Shown here one piece after another: positions 49,918-62,118 of a DNA stretch of 64,000 nucleotides. Numbering within the stretch: the first letter of the stretch is position 1; each line of letters opens with the position of its first letter. The translations under genes were made by a program, and so were the position numbers. The stretch covers positions 495 to 64,494 of the forward strand of contig MU626376.1 of NCBI GenBank assembly GCA_025603075.1, read 5' to 3'. This DNA comes from Neoconidiobolus thromboides FSU 785. Lineage: Eukaryota > Fungi > Entomophthoromycota. The notes beneath the pieces were generated by a model. It worked only from the letters and a program-made list of their open reading frames with translations, had not been told where the DNA came from and searched no databases.

Positions 49918-50415
49918 CCCCTATAGAACAAAAATATTAGGATAATAATTAATATATATATATTAGTATTGGTTTTTTTAAAGCAAATTTCCATTATGGG
50001 AATTTAGACGAAATAAACTTATTGTACAAAAATGGGATTAGTAGTAACCAATTAAGGAAAACTCTCACTAATGACGCATTATTCTTTTGAATATGTGAGC
50101 TAAAACGTCAAAGCGATAAATTAAGCATAGCTTAAATTGGAATCCATACCAAAATTGTCAGATTAGCCTAAAAGTTAATATTAGAAGTAATTACTCCCTA
50201 TTTTCACTATTAATCTCAGTTAGATTAAGAAATAAAGCATGTTTAAATCATAACTAATATCTAAATTATTTAAAAAATTATTCTTTTCACAATTTTATAA
50301 TGGTGTTAATAGTGACTAGCTGTGAAAGAAAAGTATAAATACAACAAAAAATATACAATAGCAACTATTCAAAAAGATTAATAAATTATATTAAATTAAA
50401 CCAAAAAATACAAAA

Positions 50416-50808
50416 ATGCAGCAAACACAGGAATCTCGTTTTAGATTAGCAAAAAGTCATATCAATATTTTAGAAACTTTATATAAAGAAAGCCCAAGGC
50501 CGTGCTTAAGAGTACGTAAAGAGTTGGCTTTAAGGATGGGAATAGAACAACGAAAAGTGCAAATTTGGTTCCAAAATCGTAGAGCTAAAGATGTTAGGGA
50601 GGCACAATCAACTACAGCTAACTTGGCACATTTGAATGTTAAAAGCAAAGATTTATACGAAAGCTCTGATGTAAGTTCAATTAGCTCTGAGAGATCATCA
50701 CCAGAGACCAGTAGAATGAACATTCAAAACGACAACCCAAGTTCGAAAAAAGTATTATCTCATTATTGGGCGTCAACTATGAACAGCTGCAAAATTCTTC
50801 AATTTTAG
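50416..50808 (+). CDS. Small homeodomain transcription factor (130 aa), paralog of 3106-3525
   Basis: RFRLAKSHINILETLYKESPRP...VQIWFQNRRAK; shares a C-terminal motif with homeobox gene 1. Confidence 0.92.
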   Translation: MQQTQESRFRLAKSHINILETLYKESPRPCLRVRKELALRMGIEQRKVQIWFQNRRAKDVREAQSTTANLAHLNVKSKDLYESSDVSSISSERSSPETSRMNIQNDNPSSKKVLSHYWASTMNSCKILQF

Positions 50809-52627
50809 TTTTATTTCTCTAAATTTATTTAACCCTTTTTCGCTTCACTTTCATGTAATTCCATTTAATAAATTTCATTTTAAAAAGTTTGTTTTATTTA
50901 AACTATGTTCAAATTAATTTATTTAATAGTATTGTTTTTAAATTCAATAGCAATTAATATGGTTTTTGTATGAATAATAGTGATGGCTTAATCATTTTGC
51001 CACATATAATAGATGGATTAAATAATCTATCGTAAAGTACCTTTAAGAGGCCATTTTATGTTGATATCCTTCTATAAAACCTCCATAAAATCTATTGTAT
51101 TTGACTTTAAGCTTTAGCATTAAACTTTGTTAAGATCCTGATCTTATATTTATTTAATGCTTGGTTATCTAATGGGAAAGCTTAAAAATGAGGGGTAGGG
51201 TATTAATGAGTATTAGAGATCGTTTGATATGTCAATTAAGCTCAACAGAAACTGGGTTCATATTGGAGCGGTAAATTTTTAACTTTCACTTAACCAACAC
51301 AGCTTTTACTTTGGTAATTTAGCCAGCTAATTCTGCCGCGTCTAATTATTTCTCTCTATTAGGTTTCTTACTAGCTATTTGTAAGATTCAATATTAAATT
51401 ACCCGATGGGTTAGCAATTTTATTAGGCTTATTAATTAAAATCATAAGGTTGATAGTTTTGTTCTCTGTTAATACATTTTATTTAATTCTTGATATGAAC
51501 TCTTGAAATAGTGTGTTAAATACAAAAATATATTTATATTGCTCTGTGATGTTCAAAGATAAACTCTAGTTTGTATTGAAACGGTACTAAATTTTAAATA
51601 TGGAGGATCTAAGTATAACAATAATAAATTATAAGAACTCAGAATAAAATCGTAAATTTACAAATTTGAAAAGGTAGCAAAAAATAAAAAATATTAATAA
51701 AGTGGATATTAATAAAAGTTATTCTTGTTGTTATATTAATTTGACTTTAATAAAGGCGGCTAGCTAAAATAAATTTGCCATTTTTTTCTATAATAAGATC
51801 CATATTTTAACTCCTTGGACACTTTGTACAAATAAAGGTTTTGTTAATATTCGTTTTGCTATAAATAGTCTATAAAATGGTTTACACTTAGCATAATTTG
51901 TGCTTTTTTATATCAAATTCTAAATTACCTAATATTCAAACTTAGGTTAAAAGTAGTGTTGTTATTAATTTGTAAATTTAGAATAAACGCAGATTTCTAA
52001 AAATGTAAATGTACATTGCATGTTAGTAATTTATTCGGTTGATAGATACTTTCTATTTTTATGATTTTATAATAATGATTTATAATTAATGATATCTCAT
52101 GAGTATGTCATGTAAATTTAAATCAATTGATATTTGTTTCTTGTATACAGTTATTAGATTCGAACGTTGTAAGCTTAAGAAGATTTATTTACTTAAAGCG
52201 ATAAATAAATACTGTATACCAGTTTGAAAGTATTCAATATGCTATTGAAGAATTATAATGCGTTTACTTATCTACATTTTAGCTCATTTAATATTATAAC
52301 TAAATTTCTTTAAAGGTTAATTATAGTACAAGTTTTGTGTATAATTTATGTTTATATTTTTTCAAACTTCAAAAAATTAATATAGTACTCTGAAAATATT
52401 GTAACGCTCCTTTGAATATGTAAAACAGTAATTTATAAATGATAAGAATTGAATATTAGTAATAAGATTACACACTAATTTTGATTTTTAAAGTAGTAAA
52501 CAATAGAGTATATTTTTAATGTTACTATCAAATAAAAGCTATCAATTTAAATTTATAGGAATATAAAAATTGGTAAAGAAAGAAGTATTACTCATCTTAT
52601 TAACACGTATAAAGTTGAAAGCCATAT

Positions 52628-52722
52628 AAGGTGAATGTATTTTGTGTTTAAGAATTTTAATAACAACTTTCCTGTTCAAATAGCATCTAAAAGAGAAAAG
52701 TGATGAAGCCGAAAAAACCCAT
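52628..52722 (+). mobile_element. MITE family A copy (degenerate)
   Basis: ATGTATTTTGTGTTTAAGAATTTTAATAAC...GAAGCCGAAAAAACCCAT. Confidence 0.78.
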
Positions 52723-54309
52723 ATGATTGTAATATAGAAGTAAATCAGTTATTTTCTTAAGAAACTTGAAGGAACAACTCTAAATGCTTTATTAACGGAG
52801 GAAAAAAAGATATTAGTCTGATTGATAACCAGATCAAGTAGAGATGGTAAAGTTAAGGAAAAAGAGAAATCAAACAATTCCCAAAAAATTCTAATCCAGT
52901 TTTACTAGGTTTAATTTCAATAGATCGTACTTAATGACTTGAACTTACATTTTGTATAAAGAAATCCGAAGATAGGATAGTGTGAGGAGGCATTGGATGA
53001 TATAATTTGATATTAATTGGAAGTATTATGGATATTTAATATATAAGGTGCATGTCAATAGGCATAAAAAAGGTTTGGTGTAAGGACAAGCATGATAGAA
53101 ATGCCAGGCGCAGCTAATCGAGGTCAGTCAAGGATATGTATTATAACCAATTGTTTTTTCAATAATATTTTATAATTTACCCTTGCTTTCTCCAAGTGGT
53201 TTTCCTGGATCTAATTTTAACTATTAAATTCAAATACCATAATATCTAAAAGCATTTATAATGAATACAAATGTAATATACAATTCTTTTAGTAAAATAA
53301 ACTATCTCAAAGTTGACATGCAGATTTTCTTACTTAAAATTCAGATAATGGTTGTTACATTTTGAGCTGTTTAAAAGGAAATATGCAATGTAAAATAGCT
53401 TTTGTAGTAGGATTAATATTTTTCAATAGGTAATTTTTAGAGGAAAAGGCAGTGGATTCAATTTAAAAAAAAAACAAGCTTACATGTTTGGAGAAAATTT
53501 ATTAAAGTTAATCTTTTATAAGATCCAAGAGGAACAATATGTCTAGTTTAAAGCAATCAGTTTTCTTTTTTTTCCTGAAAAGCTATTGGGTAGTAAAACT
53601 ATTTGGCACTAATAGTTCTCTTACTCCTTTATCAGGCTTTCTGGAAATACCAGCGGAAAGGAAGCCCTGACTAGGAAGCCCAGTTCTCCGCTTCTTGCCT
53701 TCTAATTCTTGTGTTCATTCTTTACTAGCAAAGGATTTGAGGATTTCGACCTTTTTAAAGGTTTTTAAAAAGAGTACCAAATGCCCAATAAAAGTAAAAT
53801 CCTAATTATAAGAAAACAAAGGCAAAGTTCTTTAACCAAAATAGAGCTACAGGTTTAACTCTTACATGTTTGGCTTATAATTGCTATATCAACTATTGTA
53901 TATTGCCATAGTATTTGATATTGGTACAAATTTTATATTTTTGTTTGCCACTTATTATTTTCTATAAACTTTTAAAAGCAGATTATTTAAATAATTTAAA
54001 AAACATATGTGATAAACTTACTTTTGTTTATAGTTCAAATTTCAAAGACTGTAGAAGAGGAGTAATTTGATGTTTCTGGTTCATGAAACAAATAAATTCA
54101 AATCTAATCCATTCTTTCCAATTTAATCCCTTTAACTATGCTACTCCACAAGCTCCAACTAGCAACTATTTTTATTGTTAAAGATGATAACTGTGGCCAC
54201 ATGGTCATTTAAAAAATATCCAAACTTTACATGAGAAGACAATCTCAATCCTTTTTATTTTTATTGTGTTGACTTTTTATTTTTTGTTAATTTATTACTC
54301 TGTAGAGTT

Positions 54310-55550
54310 AATGTGATAATTCTAAGATTATTTGTTGGTGGACGCATCGGTAGTGGAAGACAAATTGTATTATTTAGGTGGTTATATTTGAATACCGAAT
54401 ATAGTTATAGATGAAGAAAATAAATAGCTTTTAAATTAGATTTTAAAAAAGGGGTAAAGTTAATTAATAGTGCTATGGAATGGGAGGCGCACAAAATGAT
54501 TCATTAAGGTTCCTCGAGCCGTATACCAATATGATATATATACCAAATGATACAGTCGTGCATTTTCATAGTAATACTTTAAATGAAATCCTAAACTTTG
54601 ATTGATATTGAAAAGAAGGAATAGTATGGCGAATCTCTCATCAAAAGTTTATTCAGGAATATAACATATCTGGCTCAGAAATAAAAGATACATAATACAC
54701 TTAACACATTGGTATTTTATAAGGTAACGAGAATTTAAATAAATTCTATATTGCTAATGAAATACAGCTGTCATAACTTTTATCAACAAAATCGATATCA
54801 TTTGACATTCAAACCAAAGCGAAAACAATTTGTCAATCAAAAAAAGGTCACATATAAAATAACTTCATAATAATAAATTGTATTTTTTGAAAAGTCAGGT
54901 AACTTAAGATTAGGATTCAACGATAAAGTATTGTATGAGTTAAATTTAACATAATGTAAAATAAAAAGATATGAAACTGGTTTTACAGAATGTCCTTATA
55001 TATCAATCCCAAAACGGAATCATTCTGCTTATTTTAATTCAGATGGCGATGATGCTGAAGCTGAAATTTATAAGTTTTCCTTTCAATCTTTTGATTTTGA
55101 ACAAACAAACCAGTAATATCAGGTAGTTGTGGACGTGTTACTATTTATAAAAATCATTCGATAAATTCATTTAGCTACAATAGTATTGGCCTTTATAAAT
55201 TTATTAATGTAACAAGCAATATTGAGGATATATTTTTGTGTTTAAGAATTTTACTAATTTTCTACTTAAATAGCTCTTAAAAAACGGAAAAAATAATGAA
55301 GTTAAAAAAAATACTCCCATTGCTATTGAAATAAGGATAAATCAAAGCTCAAATAAAACTCAAGTATTTATATATATCAAATACTTGGAAACAATTAGAT
55401 GATATATCCCTATTAAATGATCATAACAACAGAAATACAAAAGTAATAGAAAATCCCATGGAAATGATAAATAGCAATAACACTAATTTACTAATAAGGA
55501 TATTGTAGGTCGAATAGATGGAGTAATTTTAATAACAGCTAGTATAGTAT
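54310..55550 (+). pseudogene. Decayed Kelch-like type I membrane protein, family copy 3
   Basis: Fragments VVEDKLYYLGGY, LDFKKGVKLINSAMEWEA, KSISFDIQTKAKTI, SAYFNSDGDDAEAEIYKFSFQ and a TM remnant; a MITE is inserted at 55221. Confidence 0.8.
55221..55320 (+). mobile_element. MITE family A copy inside pseudogene copy 3
   Basis: ATTGAGGATATATTTTTGTG...AAAAATACTCCCAT. Confidence 0.85.
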
Positions 55551-55695
55551 TATAATATATGAATTTAAATTTAAAAAAGAAAGGTTCCTAAACTTTATTA
55601 TTGATCTCTGATTTATATAAGTAAAGAAAGATAATATTACATTATTTCTAAAATAATTTTATTTTATATTAAATTCTATTGTTAAACATTAATTA

Positions 55696-55798
55696 TTTGG
55701 ATGTGTTTTTATATTTAAAATTTTTACTAACAATTTTTCCGCTCAAATAATGCTTAAAAGATAGAAAAAGTAATGAAGCCATAAAAAACAACTCCAAA
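55696..55798 (+). mobile_element. MITE family A copy (degenerate)
   Basis: GGATGTGTTTTTATATTTAAAATTTTTACTAAC...GAAGCCATAAAAAACAACTCCA. Confidence 0.8.
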
Positions 55799-55974
55799 TA
55801 TTTTTTAGTATTAAATATTACAAAAGTTTAATCTTCATGTTTAATATTAACTGAAAGCCTATTTGAAAGCTTAAAAATTGGTTTAAAACAGATGGAATAA
55901 ATATTTTTAAAAAAATAGTAAATAAAAATTGCAGTGTTATTTGAATTATGTTGCTTTTTCTTTATTTACATCTG

Positions 55975-57377
55975 GGGCTTTTAAAACTTCAACACTTATT
56001 TCTATCGGTAGGATCTTAATGATATCACTGATCTCTCGCGAATAACTGAATGTTTCAGTATTATAATAGTTACTGTTAGTACCTTATATATTAATTAGTT
56101 TTATATGAATTGGATCAATAAGAAAGCTTGGGGGCCTTTTCTTCTTAATTTATACTTGTATACTATAAATATAATGACCAACACTATTAGAATTACGCCT
56201 ATTATTCTTCCTGTAACATCTTCTATTGATCAGTTACTGCTATTGTTATTTATAGTGCGAGTAGGGTTATCTTTTACTTTTATCTTTTTATCTTCATTTT
56301 TATTTAATGAAGACATATTATCTAACTGCTCTCAGCTAGTTAAATTATAAATATAAACTCAATTTGAACCCTTCAAAAGGTGCCTAGGACGAAAGGTACT
56401 TATCATGTTATCATACCCTTGATTATTAGTTAGGTAGTAATCCAGAGAGCTTATTGAATAATCCTTGTAGGTAGTCAAATATCAAATTTTTTAAAGAAAA
56501 TCGTACTATTTAATTGTCTAAAAGTTGATGCTTGAAACTAAAACTTGTAAACGTCACTGTGAGCACTACTCCTGGTATATATAATAATATAAGCTGAATG
56601 ATTGTATTTTATTGTATAAAGGATTCTGATTCCCGTGAAATTAATTTTATAGATTTGCACTTTACATGGTATTGAATTCAATTCATATAATAGCAGCTAT
56701 ACATTATTAATTAGACCTAAAAAATTTCTTGATCTTTCATAAAAGTATAGCTTATTATCATTAATGGATTGCTGGTCAATAAAGTAAGCTGTGTTTGATT
56801 CATAAATTGCCTTCATTTCTTTAGTTTCGATATTGAATGATATTAATTTTGATGGGAAAATTGATGAATCATATACAAGTAAAATGAAATTTATTTAAGT
56901 TATATTCGTCTTGCAAAATATTGAACATGCTAGTACTCTTTAAAGTCCTTTTTTCAGAAATTGGCATATTATACTTATAATAAAATCCATTAGTAGTGCA
57001 TTTACCATACCATTCTTTCCTTTCAATATCAAAACGACTGTATGCTAACACTGGACCCGAACTATATCGAGAAAAGTGTAATAATGTTTTATTTTCAACA
57101 GAAAACAATTTGCTTCCTGAGTTATGAGACTCTAACGGGTTTGTTGTATTACATACTCCCCTTTCCGTAGTATTGATAACTAACTTTATTCCTTTGTTTA
57201 AATCTAACTTAAACAATTCTTTATTGTGTTCTTATATACTTACATTCGGTATATCAATAAACTCTTGTGAATATTATAGTTCATTTTTACTATAATACAA
57301 TTACCATCCCGTGCTCTCGGTATTGTCATATTGGTTCCATAAAATAAAAGATCAGTAAAAAACAAAATTAAAAACAT
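55975..57377 (-). pseudogene. Full-length decayed Kelch-like type I membrane protein, family copy 4
   Basis: MFLILFFTDLLFYGTNMTIPRARDGNCIIVKNEL*, LFKLDLNKGIKLV, YSRFDIERKEWY, IYNLTS*EQ, TM IIGVILIVLVIIFIVYKYKLRRK and tail NYYNTETFSYSREI; several stops and frameshifts. Confidence 0.88.
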
Positions 57378-57555
57378 AGAAAAAGGTAAGATGCCAATTA
57401 GAATCTAAAGAGCATTTCTAGCAATTGGGTACCTCAGGAGTTATTTCAGCCTATTTTATTACATTGATTTAAAGTCAACTTGAAAATTTATTAAAACTAA
57501 TTTAACAGAAATGCTAGAGATAAAAATGCCAACATCATTAAAATTATTAACTTGC

Positions 57556-58986
57556 TTATTCTTTATTTCCATCCGTTGCTGCTGAAGCTTTGATATATGT
57601 TTTTATACGCAACATTGTAATAGCTTCATCGATTTCTTGTGAATGGCTAAAAATTTCTGTATTATAATAATTATTTTGGACATCTGATAGGTCAATCGGT
57701 TCAATAAAAATAGGATCGATAATAAAACTTGGAGGTTTATTTTTTCTTAATTTGTGTTTGTATACTATAAATACTATAACTGCTGTTATTAATATTACTA
57801 AGCCTATTCCACTTAAAGTTCCTCTAATTAGCATGCTGGTATTATCATTATCACTTATGACGCCTATATAATCCTTTTTACTGGTTTCTTTTATCTCATT
57901 GACTTCGCTTTTCTTTGAAGGTATGCCCTGTACTTGTTCCCAACTAGTTAAATTGTAAATTTGAACTTTATTTGAACTTTCTAAAGAATAGTCATGAGGA
58001 TGTGTATTTATATTATTTTTACCAGCGTACGTGCTAATTTTATAATAACCAAGAGAGCTTATCAAATAGTTTTTATAAGTGGTAAAACACTCTTGACCAT
58101 TAAATAGAACTGTTTTACTTACTTGTTTAAACTCCGATGATTGAAAATCAAACTTATGAATTTCAGCTGTGGAATTACCACCAGGATTCAAAATAAAATA
58201 AGCAGAATCATTGGATTTTATTACTGATAATCTCAAATGTTTTAAAAAGTCCATTTTGTGTTTTTGTATCTTACGTGATGATAAATCTAATTCGTTTAAT
58301 ATCTTGATGTCACTAAATGTATTTGTAGATTCTCTTGATCGTTCAAAAAAGTATAATTTATTATTATTAACAAACTGTTGATATATTGAATAGCCTTTAT
58401 TTGATTCATGAATTGTTTTCATTTCTTTAGTTTTGATATCAAATGATATTAACTTTGTTGGTAGAGTTGGCAGATAAAATACATTAGTAATATAAAACTT
58501 ATTTAAATTGTGTTCATCTTGTAACACATTAAAGTGGGGATCATAGTCAATGGATTTTTTTTTAGAAATAGATATATTGTATTCATGGTAAAATTCATTA
58601 ATATAATATTCATCAAACCAATCTTTGTTTTCAATATTAAAGCTATTGTAAGATAATGCTGGTTCTGATCTGTATCCATCAAAGTGAACTAATATTTTAT
58701 CTCCAATATAAAACATCTTAGTTAATGGATACCGAAAGTCCGGTGAATTTGTCATATTATATGCCTCCCATTCTGCGATGTTAACAGCTAGCTTTACCCC
58801 TTCTTTTAAATTCAACTTAAACAACTGTTTGTTATATTCTAATACATCTATATTCGGGATATAAGTCATCCCACCTAAATAATACAATTCATCCTCTACC
58901 ACAATACATTTACCACCATCTACTCTTGGTGCTATTCCATTAGTTCTATAAAACAAAAGACTAACAAAAAACAAAAACAAAGACAT
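57556..58986 (-). CDS. Kelch-like beta-propeller type I membrane protein, intact family copy 5 (476 aa from first ATG)
   Basis: Signal peptide MSLFLFFVSLLFYRTNG; Kelch-like blade PRVDGGKCIVVEDELYYLGG plus degenerate blades; TM GTLSGIGLVILITAVIVFIVY; basic KHKLRKNK; 67-aa cytosolic tail. The track start at 59040 is a TTG. The fold assignment is inferred from motif resemblance. Confidence 0.8.
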   Translation of the reverse strand: MSLFLFFVSLLFYRTNGIAPRVDGGKCIVVEDELYYLGGMTYIPNIDVLEYNKQLFKLNLKEGVKLAVNIAEWEAYNMTNSPDFRYPLTKMFYIGDKILVHFDGYRSEPALSYNSFNIENKDWFDEYYINEFYHEYNISISKKKSIDYDPHFNVLQDEHNLNKFYITNVFYLPTLPTKLISFDIKTKEMKTIHESNKGYSIYQQFVNNNKLYFFERSRESTNTFSDIKILNELDLSSRKIQKHKMDFLKHLRLSVIKSNDSAYFILNPGGNSTAEIHKFDFQSSEFKQVSKTVLFNGQECFTTYKNYLISSLGYYKISTYAGKNNINTHPHDYSLESSNKVQIYNLTSWEQVQGIPSKKSEVNEIKETSKKDYIGVISDNDNTSMLIRGTLSGIGLVILITAVIVFIVYKHKLRKNKPPSFIIDPIFIEPIDLSDVQNNYYNTEIFSHSQEIDEAITMLRIKTYIKASAATDGNKE

Positions 58987-59216
58987 GGTTAAAAAAACTA
59001 TCTTAATAACTGTTTTTGTTTTGGGAAATGTAAAATCCAATTAGAATCCGCAGAATATTTTTAGCAATTAAATATTTGAAATACTATTGCAACACATTTT
59101 ATCATATATTTTAGGCCAATTTAAAAATAGATTAAAAGTTATTTAGTGTAATTGCTATTTGGCAATCAATTATTATAGTTTGAATGATAAATTTACTTTC
59201 TTTTTATCCTTACATT

Positions 59217-61100
59217 TCATAGATTCTTATCGTGTGTTTCTATCGATAGTATGGTAATAACATTGCTAATCTCTTGAATGATCAAAAATTCCAGTACTAT
59301 TATAATAATTATTGGTATCCAATAGATTAATTGATTCTATATAAGTAGATTTAATAATAAAACTTGGAGATCTTTTTTTCTTTAACTTATGTTTATAATT
59401 AACTGATACAATAACTACTGTTACTATAGTAACACTACTATTCTAATTATACTATCTCCAATTAATGAGCCAATATTTTCATCAATTATGTCGTTTATAG
59501 AACAATTCTTACTCATTAAAAATATATCATCTACTTGCTATCAATTAGTTAAATTGTACATTTAAACTCTATTTAAATTTTTAATAAGATCTTTATGTAA
59601 TTAGAACTATTTTTCATATTACTATACTCAAGTTGAGATCAGTTAAAAAAATTAAAAGAGTTTGTTAAATAATTCTTATAAGTAGCAAAGCATCACTTAC
59701 TATTGAACTAGATTGTTTTATTAGATGGCTTAAAGCCTAATAATCGAAATAAAAACTCATGGATTTTAGTTTGAATGCTATTATCATTATCAAAAGAAAA
59801 ATACCCAAAATGATTGGACTTTATTATTGGTAGTTCTAAATACCTCATAAAGTTAATATTGCATTCTTCTAATTTATGTGATATTAAATCTAATCAACAT
59901 GCTAATTTAATATCACTAACTGGTTTTGAAATATCGCTTGAAATTTCAAAATAGTACGTTTTGTTATCAGTGTTGTTTTTGAGTTTCATCACTGGAATGG
60001 CTTAGTTTTTCTGAAGTCTTCCGTTCTAGATGCTGCCTCTTATCCTTTGGTAACATAAATTCAATTACCTTGTGGTAGTATTTAATAGTCAATAAGATAA
60101 GTTTAAAAATAACAAAAGTAAGAATACTAAATGAGTTTTATTTATAATTGTTTGATATTTATTTGGTTAACTGAGTCAGATTTATATACATTCGGAGTGC
60201 CATGTGGCACCTAATTATAGGCTATAAAGAGTACTAAGCCTAATGTTCACAGTTATTTTCTCCTGGATCACCTTGATGAGTCCCTTGATGGTTTCTTTTT
60301 GTTGTGCTCTAGTTGATTGAATTTTAACTTCATTGTAATGATTAATTAAATTCACTTGATTTGCTGCAGGTTCTCACTTAATTTTAAGTCAATCGTAAAG
60401 GTAAATTTTATCATGTAGTAAAGACTGAAGATTTCTGGATTTCCATTTACCAGTCAGTAATCATTAAGAAATAGTTAATATATAGAGCTATTTTCATTTG
60501 GTTCATAAAATGTTTTTAATTCTTCATTTTCAATATTAGATAATATTAATATTGTTAATAAAGTTAATAAAGTTAATAAAGTTAATAAATAGATTACCGT
60601 AACAATATAAAATTGATTTAAATTGATTTTATCTTGTATAAAATTAGGGTATGTACCGTAATGAACCTGTTCTCTTTTAGAATTAGAGATTTCGTATTCA
60701 TGATAGAGTTCATTGGCAAAATAGATATCGTACCATCCTTTCTTTTCAATGTCAAAACAGCTATAAACTAATATTGGCTCTGGGCTATATCAATAGAATA
60801 AATTGTTGGATCATTTCCAATTAAAAAAGATTGGTATATGGGTCACAAAAATCAAGAGGGTTTTTCATATTGTATTACTTCCATTCAAGAGTATCAACAA
60901 TCAACTTTATTCCCTTTTTTAAATCTAACTTAAACAATCGCTTATTTTCTTTAGATAAGTTTACATTTGGCATGTAAGACATTGACCTAAAATAGTTTAA
61001 TTCATCTTTCACTATGATATAACTATTATTATCTAGCCTTAGTACCATAATATCAAGCTTACAAAATATAATACTAATAAAAAATATGTATAAGGACGTG
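59217..61100 (-). pseudogene. Decayed Kelch-like type I membrane protein, family copy 6, split by an insertion
   Basis: IIVKDELNYF..LFKLDLKKGIKLIVDTLEW, YSCFDIEKKGWYD, KTYYFEIS..SDIK..LDL, a TM remnant and YKHKLKKK; contains a (AATAAAGTT)x4 expansion at ~60557-60590. Confidence 0.85.
59971..60456. mobile_element. ~486-bp TG...CA insertion in pseudogene copy 6
   Basis: Removing it rejoins LFLND(Y/N)|KTYYFE, homologous to FVNNNKLYFFE; flanks GTTATCAG and GTAATCAT match at 6 of 8 positions. Confidence 0.55.
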
Positions 61101-61616
61101 TTTATAAAAACAGTTCTCAAACATTAAAAAGTATTTATTTCAAAAACTAAAGCTCTGATTAGAGCCTACAGAGTGTTTATGAAATTTGTGGCATTTGGTT
61201 TTTTTAATAATAAAGAATGTAATAAACAAAAGATTATAACTCATCAAGCTCTGATTTATAAAGTGTATTTCAAAATAAATCAATTATTGGCATCATATTT
61301 TGACACTACTGAAATCATTAAGCTGACTTTTGTTTATCTTCAACCATGGGTTTTGAAAGTTTGATATGGGCTTCTATAGGTATTATGGGAACAAAACCAC
61401 CAGTTTCTTGTAAATAGTTGAATATATTGGTATTATACTAATCAATATAAGGATCTAATGGGTCTATTAGTTTAATAAAAATAGGCTCAGTGATAAAACT
61501 AGAAAGCCTTTCTTTCTTTAAGTTGTATTTATAATCCATAAAAAGTATAACCTATGTTATTAAAATTGCGCCTCCAATTCCTCTTACAGTATCTTCAATT
61601 AATGAATTATTATTAT

Positions 61617-62118
61617 TGTGAAATATCGCTTCGTCAGTCCCATGGTTAATTATTTTGATTTGTTATGAGAATTTCTAGTTCCACCCAAAAGAATATGGGG
61701 ATGTATTTTTGTATTTAAGAATTTTACTAACAATTTTTCCACATAAATAGCGCTTAAAAAATGGAAAAATAATGAAACTAAAAAAAACAGCCCCATATTA
61801 TCTTCTCATTTTGATACTTATACTTTTCAGAGTATAAAAGAGTTTACAGAGTATAATAGTTCGAGGCTTTTTAACTGAATTAATCCCTGATATCTCGAAC
61901 ATTTAATAAAGCCACTAAGTTTTCTTAATAGTATTTTACATAGATTTTACATTAGTATTCTCTATTCTATTTGTCTTATATAGCTTGTAACCTATTACGT
62001 GCTATTCCTCATAATGCAAGTCTATCTTAGTCACATAAACTAAGACCTTTGGACTTATAGTGTAGTCAACCCAGCAATAGCTGTTCTTGACTCCAAACCC
62101 TGAGTACCAGATTTCACA
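61617..62118. mobile_element. Solo LTR, family L copy 2, with 5-bp TSD (ATTAT)
   Basis: TGTGAAAT...ATTTCACA termini; ATTAT directly on both sides (61612-61616 and 62119-62123); interrupts pseudogene copy 7; carries a nested MITE. Confidence 0.88.
61695..61796 (+). mobile_element. MITE family A copy nested in solo LTR
   Basis: ATGGGGATGTATTTTTGTATTTAAG...AAAACAGCCCCAT; absent from the homologous position of the 46.3-kb LTR copy. Confidence 0.92.

Noticed and set aside
3106-50808. Homeobox pair as an HD1/HD2 mating-type locus
   Set aside because: The genes are ~47 kb apart, both have the WFQNRR (HD2-like) helix, they are not a divergent pair, and they lack N-terminal dimerisation regions.
53580-53800. 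GC-richer decayed ORF-like segment on the minus strand
   Set aside because: Interrupted by stops and has no identifiable domain.
968-61796. Repeated ~100-bp units as a CRISPR-like array
   Set aside because: Copies are dispersed, in both orientations, with terminal inverted repeats and no regular spacers. The context is eukaryotic with no cas genes.
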